15,499 bases of DNA from Armatimonadota bacterium. Lineage in GTDB: Bacteria > Armatimonadota > Armatimonadia > Armatimonadales > Armatimonadaceae. Below are positions 1-6,467 of this stretch, piece after piece. The notes under the pieces were generated by a model that had not been told where the DNA came from, ran no database searches, and saw only the letters and a list, made by a program, of their open reading frames with translations. The stretch covers positions 1-15,499 of the forward strand of contig JAYUUO010000075.1 in assembly GCA_043754515.1 (NCBI GenBank). The letters run 5' to 3'. Positions within the stretch are counted from its first letter, which is position 1. Every line of letters starts with the position of its first letter. The position numbers and the translations under genes were made by a program.

Positions 1-1
1 C

Positions 2-88
2 GAGTTCAGTCGAAGGCCGGAACAGGAGTACGTCTCGGAGTTAGGCGACGTGACCTATTTCGATCTTGCCCCCGATCCGGCGGGATAA
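2..88 (+). CDS. Possible 3' end of a gene entering the window (EFSRRPEQEYVSELGDVTYFDLAPDPAG*)
   Basis: Open frame from the window edge to TAA at 86-88 with protein-like composition. No recognisable family. Confidence 0.3.
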   Translation, partial: EFSRRPEQEYVSELGDVTYFDLAPDPAG

Positions 89-614
89 CGGCGGGCGCGG
101 TTCGCGAGCGGCGAAAGTGGCGTTTCGCCATCGTGATGGCATTCGACATCGCGGTGGTGGGATAAACCGAAAACGGACGCATTCAGGCAGGCACTGATGC
201 TCGGTGGTACATCCACCCTATTTAGGAATCTGCCTGTGCGGAAGCGGCAACATTTTCTAGACGGAGCGACCAGATAAAAAAGCAATCAGGGCTTACTTCC
301 CCGGTTTGTCGGCCGCGACTATGAGCCGCGAACCCTCCGCCATCAGAGCCGCCCGCTGTTTCGAGGAACGCGCTGATTCGGCAATGAACACGCACACGTC
401 AACCGGTGCCCCGTTGTGCGCGTGACCTGTGCCCGTAGACTACTCCTTCAACCCACCCATTGTGACCACGTGCGCCGTGGAATGTGGAAGGTGCTTGTTG
501 AAGTGGCCGAAGAAGGTAAAGGGATGGTTACAAGTTCACACAGGCATGAAAGCATGGGGTATGACAACGGCGAAGGGCACGGGAGGAAATAGGAACGCCA
601 CGCATAAACCGAAA

Positions 615-688
615 TGGCCTCGGAGGGACTCGAACCCCCGACCCTCTGTTCCGAAGACAGATGCTCTAATCCGCTGAGCTACGAAGCC
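615..688 (-). tRNA. tRNA-Arg, anticodon TCG (CCA not encoded)
   Basis: Reverse complement folds as GGCTTCG TA GCTC AGCGGATTA GAGC A TCTGT CT-TCG-GA ACAGA GGGTC GGGGG TTCGAGT CCCTC CGAGGCC A. The A20 Arg identity element is present. Anticodon at 652-654. Confidence 0.95.
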
Positions 689-751
689 AGAACCAATGTA
701 CTTATGGACAGGAAAGGCGTGATCGTCTCCCTAATGACATGAACCGCCCGT

Positions 752-781
752 AGTATACCCCGACTTTTTAGCCGGCGTCAA
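752..781 (-). promoter_or_regulatory. Sigma70-type promoter for tRNA-Arg
   Basis: Minus strand TTGACG-N18-TATACT (-35 at 776-781, -10 at 752-757), about 65 nt upstream of the tRNA 5' end. Confidence 0.7.
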
Positions 782-805
782 CTCACCAGACGCCAACTTC
801 CCGTC

Positions 806-1900
806 CTACTCGTCCTCTTCCGCCGCCTTGCGCTTCAGACTCGTGTGCGCGTCCGGCTCCGTCTTGTCGTCGCGCTCGCCCTGGTAGATCGGCTGATACA
901 GGCTTCCGCCCTCGTAGTAGTACAGGTACTTGATCTCGACCAGCGACCCGACGGCGGGGATCGCGAAGTTCGGCAGGATGGTCACGTTCCCGACTTTCAC
1001 GCACGCGTCCGCGCCCGGCTCCGTCAGCACGCCCACCTCCGCGCTACGCTTCCGGTCGCTGATCCCCAGCACCCGGCACGTCGCCGACTGCGTGAACTTA
1101 AACTTGCGCTGGTTGCCGCCCGACGCCGGCCGCCCCGCCCGGTACGGCGCGTCGAGCCGCTTCAGCACCACGCCCTCGCCGCCCGCGTTGCGGATCCGCT
1201 CCAGATGTGCCGCCTTGTCCGCCGCGCCCGCCGACGTTTCCACGAGCCGCAGGTACGCGCCGTCCGAAAGACCCGCGGCCAGCGTTCCGACCCGCTCCCC
1301 GTAAGTCACGTCGTTCAGAGAAGCGCCCGCCCACCGCGTCGTGTCGAACGCGTAGTAGACCGCGCCGATCAGTTCGCCGTCCAACACCGAGTCGTCGGGC
1401 AACACGGCCAGCAGGGCGTCGTGCAATTCTTGCGGTAAGGCGACGAGCAAGCCCTTGCGGTTAGAGCCGGATGCCGCGCCGTTCTGCTTTTGTAGCATGA
1501 TGCGCTTGCCGTCGAACTTGGTTTGTAGCACCCAATCATCGCCCGCGAGGAGCGCGGCGAGTTCGGCGTCCGTGGCGTCATTTAGCAGTTGCGGCACGTT
1601 GCCGGAAAGTCGCCCGGCGTCCTCCGTCCCCGCGAAAAGTTGCCCGCCCTCCTGGGCGGTGTAGCCCTTGCTTGTCTTTTCCTCGACCAGTTTGTCGAAA
1701 ATCGCCTTCGCCTTTTCCCGCGCCACTGGGGACGCGGTTTTGGTGCCCGCTTGCAGAGCCGACCCGCGCCGCCCGTACGAGAACCGCACGACGTAGCCGT
1801 CCCCGTCGGCGTGTATCGAGGCGTTATAGATCTTGTCGGAGCCGCCGTCGCGGTAGTAGAGGTTGGTGGTTTCGATGGGAGCGTCTGTCGGGTTCGTCAT
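806..1900 (-). CDS. WGR-domain ATP-dependent DNA ligase (WGR + adenylation domain + OB fold)
   Basis: N-terminal WGR-like domain (SDKIY...YGRRG...KLVEEKTSKGY). Nucleotidyltransferase motifs I (QTKFDGKR), III (LDGEL), IIIa (YYAFD), IV (GEGVVLK) and V (RKFK). C-terminal OB-like region (VEIKY...LYQPIYQGERDDK). Confidence 0.9.
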   Translation of the reverse strand: MTNPTDAPIETTNLYYRDGGSDKIYNASIHADGDGYVVRFSYGRRGSALQAGTKTASPVAREKAKAIFDKLVEEKTSKGYTAQEGGQLFAGTEDAGRLSGNVPQLLNDATDAELAALLAGDDWVLQTKFDGKRIMLQKQNGAASGSNRKGLLVALPQELHDALLAVLPDDSVLDGELIGAVYYAFDTTRWAGASLNDVTYGERVGTLAAGLSDGAYLRLVETSAGAADKAAHLERIRNAGGEGVVLKRLDAPYRAGRPASGGNQRKFKFTQSATCRVLGISDRKRSAEVGVLTEPGADACVKVGNVTILPNFAIPAVGSLVEIKYLYYYEGGSLYQPIYQGERDDKTEPDAHTSLKRKAAEEDE

Positions 1901-2080
1901 GGGTCAATTACTTTCGGGCGGGAGGGTCATTGTTTAGATCGTCGGTTCGGGAAGGTTCGTGGCCTGTCCTCTCCCCCTGATTCTAACGCCTCCGACACTC
2001 CACCGACCCCGAGCGTTACGGAAAATCCGATCATGCCGATGAAGAAAAGCCGCGCGACGTGGCATATCTCGGAAGAAATA

Positions 2081-2165
2081 TCGGCGAGGCGGGGGTCGAA
2101 CCCGCACGGGCTTTCAGCCCACTGGACTCTCATTCCAGCGCGTCTACCAATTACGCCACTCGCCG
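2081..2165 (-). tRNA. tRNA-Leu, anticodon GAG, long variable arm, atypical anticodon loop
   Basis: CGGCGAG TG GCG TAATTGGTAGA CGC G CTGGA AT-GAG-AG TCCAG TGGGCTGAAAGCCCGT GCGGG TTCGACC CCCGC CTCGCCG A. Has A73; no encoded CCA. Confidence 0.9.
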
Positions 2166-2170
2166 ACGGA

Positions 2171-2196
2171 GCGCGTTGCCGCGAAAAGCAACGCGC
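2171..2196. other. Spacer hairpin between tRNA-Leu genes
   Basis: Perfect 9-bp inverted repeat GCGCGTTGC-N8-GCAACGCGC. Confidence 0.6.
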
Positions 2197-2198
2197 GA

Positions 2199-2272
2199 TG
2201 CTCTCTCGCGGATTCGAACCGCGACTAAACCCATCTTAAGCGGGTTGCCTCTACCAGTTGGGCTAAGAGAGC
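2199..2272 (-). tRNA. tRNA-Leu, anticodon TAA, short variable loop (74 nt)
   Basis: GCTCTCT TA GCC CAACTGGTAGA GGC A ACCCG CT-TAA-GA TGGGT TTAGT CGCGG TTCGAAT CCGCG AGAGAGC A. Anticodon at 2236-2238. Confidence 0.88.
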
Positions 2273-2285
2273 GTGAAAGTTTAAG

Positions 2286-2359
2286 TGCCGCGAGCGAGAT
2301 TCGAACTCGCACCACACAGGGTCTAAGCCTGCTCCCTCTACCAATTGGGGTACCACGGC
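2286..2359 (-). tRNA. tRNA-Leu, anticodon TAG, short variable loop (74 nt)
   Basis: GCCGTGG TA CCC CAATTGGTAGA GGG A GCAGG CT-TAG-AC CCTGT GTGGT GCGAG TTCGAAT CTCGC TCGCGGC A. Anticodon at 2323-2325. Confidence 0.88.
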
Positions 2360-2367
2360 ATGATGAC

Positions 2368-2413
2368 AAACAAAAAAGCCCCGCTCTTCCCGGTTAAAGG
2401 GAAGGCGGGGCTT
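2368..2413 (-). terminator. Intrinsic terminator (attenuator 3:4 hairpin) directly upstream of the tRNA-Leu cluster
   Basis: Minus strand AAGCCCCGC-CTTCCC-TTTAACC-GGGAAG-A-GCGGGGCTT followed by TTTTGTTT, ending 8 nt before the first tRNA. Confidence 0.85.
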
Positions 2414-2439
2414 GCGAAAAACCGGTCGTCCGAACGGCG

Positions 2440-2514
2440 TTACGAAGCGATCCCTCCCCTATCTTTCAGGAGAAGCAGTTGGCTAAGCAACAAGTAGTTA
2501 TTCCGGGCGTTCAT
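2440..2514 (-). CDS. Leucine-rich leader peptide MNARNNYLLLSQLLLLKDRGGIAS (24 aa)
   Basis: ATG at 2514 preceded by SD-like TAAGGAAGG. Seven Leu codons within nine consecutive codons (TTG TTG CTT AGC CAA CTG CTT CTC CTG). The stop lies 26 nt before the terminator stem. Confidence 0.8.
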   Translation of the reverse strand: MNARNNYLLLSQLLLLKDRGGIAS

Positions 2515-2607
2515 GCCTTCCTTATCGGCACGATAGTCCTCGTTGCTAAACGGGGACGCGCCTTTTTTTTCGCGAGCCGCCCGGATTATGATATGCTCGA
2601 AGACGAG

Positions 2608-2814
2608 ATGAACCCTCCGCCGCGCCCGTTCACGCCGCAAGACCCTGATCCCGCCGCTTCGCCCTGTACACGGGTGTGTACGCTGGATGAAAACAACGTC
2701 TGCCTCGGCTGTGCGCGTAGTCTGACCGAGATCACGCGCTGGTCCGCCATGACCGACGCCGAGCGACGCGCGGTGGTAGCGCGGCTCCGGGTCAACTCAC
2801 CAACCGGAACCTAG
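2608..2814 (+). CDS. DUF1289-family small Cys-rich (predicted Fe-S) protein
   Basis: Signature SPCxxVCxLD...CxGCxRSLxEIxxW..M...ER. Start chosen at ATG 2608 (alternative 2593). The ORF-track extension to 2479 overlaps the leader on the opposite strand. Confidence 0.85.
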   Translation: MNPPPRPFTPQDPDPAASPCTRVCTLDENNVCLGCARSLTEITRWSAMTDAERRAVVARLRVNSPTGT

Positions 2815-2868
2815 AGACGGATAGTCCCGCGATAGTACGACGGGGCGGAGCACGGGCGACAATATTTC

Positions 2869-4227
2869 ATGAATTATCCGGGACAACTCGGTACTACTAC
2901 ATACGAGCCTACTGCACTTCCCGCCCCGCCGTCGGACGATCCGACACAGCCCACCCCGCCGAAAGGCGCGACTAAAGCGGGGCTACTCGCGACACTGGGA
3001 CCGGGCCTGATCACCGGCGCGTCGGATGACGACCCGAGCGGGATCGCGACCTACTCGCAGGTCGGGGCGCAGTTCGGATACGGGATGCTCTGGGTGATGC
3101 TGTTCTCGTACCCACTTATGTGCGGAATTCAGGAGATCAGCGGGCAGATCGGGCGTGTCACTGGGCGCGGTATCGCGGGCAACTTGCGCAAGTTCTACCA
3201 CCCGGTTTTCTTATATAGCATCGTTTTCCTCGTTCTCGCGGCCAATATCATCAACATCGGCGCGGACGTCAACGCGATGGGCGCGGCGATGAAGCTACTG
3301 GTCGGCGGCCCCGTCCTGGCTTGGGCCACCCTGTTCGCCGTTATCGTTCTGCTACTCGAAGTGTTCTTGCCTTACGAGAAATACGCACGATTCCTCAAGT
3401 GGCTTTGCGCCGTGCTGTTCGCTTACGTCGCCACCGTTTTCGTGGTACATGTCCCGTGGGGTGCCGCGCTGAGGGCGACCGTGATCCCGTCGTTCACCTG
3501 GTCCACAACGTTCGTGACCAGCATCGTCGCGGTACTCGGCACGACCATCTCGCCGTACCTATTCTTTTGGCAGGCGCAGGAGGAGGTCGAGATCGAACGC
3601 GCGAACCCCCGCGAACGGCCGCTACGCCGCGACCCAAGCGATGCGGGCTCAGAGTTGCATCGCATCCGGGTGGACACGTATGTCGGCATGGCGTTCTCGA
3701 ACCTGATCGCCTTTTTCATCATCCTGACCGCCGCCGTCACACTCAACAAGCACGGCATCACTGATATACAGACCGCGACCGACGCCGCGAAGGCACTGGA
3801 GCCGGTCGCGGGCCGGTTCGCGTTCCTGCTCTTCTCACTCGGGATCATCGGGACGGGGCTGCTGGCGGTGCCTGTGCTCGCCGGTTCCGCCGCGTACGCG
3901 GTCGGGGAGACGCTACGCTGGCGCGTCGGGCTGAACAACGACATTCCGCACGCACGCCGCTTCTACGGCGTGCTGGCGGCAGCGACGTTTCTGGGACTCG
4001 GCATGAACTTCGTACATCTGGACCCGATCAAGGCACTGTTCTGGTCCGCGGTTATCAATGGCGTGGTCGCGGTGCCGATCATGTTTCTGATGATGTTTAT
4101 GGCGAGTAATGACAAAGCAATGGGGCGGTTCACCTTGAACACGCGCCAGAAGGTATTAGGCTGGGCGGCGACCGCGGTGATGACAGCCGCCGCGATTGCG
4201 CTGTTCGCCACCTGGGGCAAAGGATAA
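2869..4227 (+). CDS. NRAMP-family (MntH-related) divalent metal transporter
   Basis: LGPGLITGASDDDPSGIATYSQVGAQFGY (TM1), GRVTGRG, GTTISPY (TM6) and roughly 11 hydrophobic segments. Confidence 0.88.
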   Translation: MNYPGQLGTTTYEPTALPAPPSDDPTQPTPPKGATKAGLLATLGPGLITGASDDDPSGIATYSQVGAQFGYGMLWVMLFSYPLMCGIQEISGQIGRVTGRGIAGNLRKFYHPVFLYSIVFLVLAANIINIGADVNAMGAAMKLLVGGPVLAWATLFAVIVLLLEVFLPYEKYARFLKWLCAVLFAYVATVFVVHVPWGAALRATVIPSFTWSTTFVTSIVAVLGTTISPYLFFWQAQEEVEIERANPRERPLRRDPSDAGSELHRIRVDTYVGMAFSNLIAFFIILTAAVTLNKHGITDIQTATDAAKALEPVAGRFAFLLFSLGIIGTGLLAVPVLAGSAAYAVGETLRWRVGLNNDIPHARRFYGVLAAATFLGLGMNFVHLDPIKALFWSAVINGVVAVPIMFLMMFMASNDKAMGRFTLNTRQKVLGWAATAVMTAAAIALFATWGKG

Positions 4228-4234
4228 ACAGACG

Positions 4235-4864
4235 ATGAATGTCACGCAAAGCGGCGAGCAAATAACCGCCGGTCTGCCTACTCCGACCCCGATCACGCAC
4301 GCCCCCACGACTAAAAAGCCGGTATGGGAGCGACTACGATTGTCCGGTCGCGTGATCGAGCCCATGTCTACCATACAGAACGCGCAGGAGGAGTACGAAA
4401 AGACGCTCTCCCCGCTGGATCGGTTCGCCGTCCGCATCACGGAGAAGGTCGGGTCGTTCGGCTTCTTTCTACTGATCTTTGGTTGGACGGTGCTCTGGAC
4501 GGGCTATAACATCCTGGCGAGCGACGTCAAAGGGTTGCACTGGAAGGCGTTCGACCCGTTCCCGGCGTTCGTCGCCTACCTGCTTATTAGCAACGTGATC
4601 CAGATTCTGCTGATGCCGCTGATCCTGATCGGCCAGAATCTGCAATCGCGGTTCGCAGACAAGCGGGCGCAACTCGACTACGAGGTGAACCGCATCTCCG
4701 AAAAGGAAGCGGCGGCGAACCTGCGGCACATGGATCACCAGACGAGGCTACTACTGCTGTTGATCAAGCACGCCAACATCGAGATTCCAGAGGAGGAGTT
4801 GCTCGCGATCGAAGCGACTATGCGCGAGGAGGAAGAACTGGAGAACACCGACCCGACGGAGTAA
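4235..4864 (+). CDS. DUF1003-family membrane protein
   Basis: DRFAxRITExVGS...W..YN...FDPFP...PLILIGQN.Q...D.RA.LDYEVN pattern. ATG 4235 follows AAGGA and lies 7 nt after the transporter stop; an alternative start further downstream is possible. Confidence 0.8.
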   Translation: MNVTQSGEQITAGLPTPTPITHAPTTKKPVWERLRLSGRVIEPMSTIQNAQEEYEKTLSPLDRFAVRITEKVGSFGFFLLIFGWTVLWTGYNILASDVKGLHWKAFDPFPAFVAYLLISNVIQILLMPLILIGQNLQSRFADKRAQLDYEVNRISEKEAAANLRHMDHQTRLLLLLIKHANIEIPEEELLAIEATMREEEELENTDPTE

Positions 4865-4900
4865 GCATTCGGGCGTACGACGCGCCGTGGTTCTAAACCC

Positions 4901-4921
4901 GGCGGTGATCCTGTCGCCGCC
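4901..4921. terminator. Hairpin between convergent genes, possible terminator
   Basis: GGCGGTGA-TCCTG-TCGCCGCC, 8-bp stem with no U-tract. Confidence 0.3.
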
Positions 4922-4933
4922 GCGGCTACGAAC

Positions 4934-5578
4934 TTATGGAGCCGCCACCGCGTGAACGTCCACCGTGATCGGATGCTCCTGCTTCGTAGCCAGAAACAGG
5001 AAGCGCGGGACGGGGATCGCATACTCCTGAAGCCGCACGGTGAACCGGGCGACGATGTGAAGACTATCGCGCCCCGTCACCCGGTCTCGCTCGCGGGTCA
5101 CGGTCACGGCGGGGCTGATCGCGCGGCTCACCCCGTGGAGTGTCAACACCCCGCGCAACGTTCCCGACACCGGCTGGTTCTCCCGGAGCACCGGCGCAGA
5201 GGCTTTGACGGGCAGGTTCAGCGCGGTGAGAACGAACGACGCGGTCGGGAATAGGTCCACATTCAGATGCTTACGGCGCATGTTCGAGTCGCGCGATCCG
5301 TTTCCGGTCGCGAAGGACGCGGGGCGAATGGTAAAAAACGCGATCGGATGCGAGGCGAAGTTGTCCGGGTCAACCCGCGCCTCGCCGCTGATCTGATCCG
5401 TGTTACCGCCGTACTTCTCCGTGTTCGTGCGCGCCTCGAAGCGAACACTCTGTCCCGCCCCCGGCGCGATCTGGTACGTCACCGGCGCGGCTCGCGGGGC
5501 GGCGATGGGCACGCTCGCGACTAACAATACGAACAGCGCGACTAATCGCGTCCGTTTAGGACACATAACAAGGCTCAC
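4934..5578 (-). CDS. YceI-family secreted lipid/polyisoprenoid-binding protein
   Basis: Signal peptide. Motifs SFATGNGSRDSNMRRKHLNVDLFPTASF, GVLTLHGVSR and RLQEYAI. Start uncertain (GTG 5578 or ATG 5566). Confidence 0.85.
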   Translation of the reverse strand: MSLVMCPKRTRLVALFVLLVASVPIAAPRAAPVTYQIAPGAGQSVRFEARTNTEKYGGNTDQISGEARVDPDNFASHPIAFFTIRPASFATGNGSRDSNMRRKHLNVDLFPTASFVLTALNLPVKASAPVLRENQPVSGTLRGVLTLHGVSRAISPAVTVTRERDRVTGRDSLHIVARFTVRLQEYAIPVPRFLFLATKQEHPITVDVHAVAAP

Positions 5579-5591
5579 GGCGAACTCGTTT

Positions 5592-6314
5592 CTAACGTTG
5601 CGCTTTCACCACGGCGTCTTGGGTACGCCGTACCGGGGTCGGTGGAAAGAAAGTATGCCGCAACCGACGCCCGCCCAGCACGGAGAGCGACGTCTGCTGG
5701 AAAGCGATGTCATCCAGCCCGAAGTCGTTACCGTAAGACTCGGTGTTCTGGTTGATGATGTAGATGTCAGCGAGCGTGCTGTTTCCCGAGTTCCAGACCG
5801 CCTCGAAGACGCCCCAAACGCCCGGCGTTTTCGAGGCGACAAAAATCGGCCCGATCAGTATGCCGTTGACGCGGAATTGGAGTTGCGCGGGGCTGACTTC
5901 GTCCGGTGTCCATGTCGAGACCCAGGCCGAGAAGTAGTAATTCGTGAACGGTTTGACGGTGACACGCTGCCCCCATACCATCTGATCCGGTACGCCGGAG
6001 CCATTAACGAGAAGAAACGCCCCTTTATCGTCGCCGGTCGTGTGGTCATAGTAGTCGAAAATACCCGCGCCCGCGCTGTTCAGGACGGCGGGACGGCGCG
6101 TGCTATGGGCCACCGTGAAAACACCCGCCGGAACTAGCGCGTCGGCTACAGGCTCGACGTACTTATAGCCGTATAGGAAGTCGGCGTTCCCCGCGCTGAA
6201 GTCACCGTTAGCGACGAGGTTCTGCGCGTTAGCGGTGGCGGCGAAAGGCGCGGCGACTAGCAGCGCGAGCGCGCCCACCATAGCGGCTAACACGTGAGGA
6301 TAATGCGACGACAT
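5592..6314 (-). CDS. Secreted protein with a beta-sandwich/carbohydrate-binding-like domain
   Basis: Signal peptide ending ATANA-Q. The NLVANGDFS start and GNDFGLDDIAF end resemble domains common in PEP-CTERM-type surface proteins. Confidence 0.7.
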   Translation of the reverse strand: MSSHYPHVLAAMVGALALLVAAPFAATANAQNLVANGDFSAGNADFLYGYKYVEPVADALVPAGVFTVAHSTRRPAVLNSAGAGIFDYYDHTTGDDKGAFLLVNGSGVPDQMVWGQRVTVKPFTNYYFSAWVSTWTPDEVSPAQLQFRVNGILIGPIFVASKTPGVWGVFEAVWNSGNSTLADIYIINQNTESYGNDFGLDDIAFQQTSLSVLGGRRLRHTFFPPTPVRRTQDAVVKAQR

Positions 6315-6467
6315 ACGATGAACGAACCTTCCCTGAGCAGCGGACGGTTACCGCCGCACGCACAGTATATCCGCATTCGCCGTGATCGTATTTGCCGATC
6401 GAAGTGCCCCCGGCACGCACCGGGCATGCCGGGGTTTCATTTGCCGTTCAATATGAGGACGCGATGG

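Larger units (their letters stand above)
2368..2525 (-). promoter_or_regulatory. Putative ribosome-mediated (leucine) transcription attenuator
   Basis: Leader ORF plus mutually exclusive pairings. Segment 1 CUUCUCCU (2468-2475) pairs with segment 2 AGGGGAGG (2453-2460). Segment 2 alternatively pairs with segment 3 CCUUCCCU (2398-2405). Segments 3:4 form the terminator. Confidence 0.8.

Noticed and set aside
195..235. Hammerhead-like CTGATG core
   Set aside because: Reads CTGATGC, not CTGATGA, and lacks the GAAA and stem arrangement.
429..677. 82-aa plus-strand ORF
   Set aside because: Runs antisense into tRNA-Arg; no recognisable domain or SD.
2127..2133. Reading the long-arm tRNA as Ser(TGA)
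   Set aside because: In the 7-nt loop ATGAGAG the central triplet is GAG; A73 and the D-loop fit Leu.
1927..2397. ORFs 1927-2133, 2059-2397 and 2151-2369
   Set aside because: Artefacts of reading through the tRNA genes.
2360..2570. T-box riboswitch as the regulator of the tRNA-Leu cluster
   Set aside because: No T-box UGGNACC bulge or stem I motifs seen upstream of the terminator; a leader peptide explains the structure better.
2515..2640. N-terminal 42 aa of the 66-aa ORF 2440-2640
   Set aside because: Overlaps the divergent DUF1289 start; the SD sits before ATG 2514, so only the last 24 aa are taken as real.
5400..6137. 245-aa plus-strand ORF
   Set aside because: Antisense shadow of the YceI and secreted protein genes.
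6408..6434. Hairpin CCCCGGCA...TGCCGGGG as terminator of the roadblock genes
   Set aside because: The T-rich tail is on the plus strand, the wrong orientation for these minus-strand genes; role unclear.
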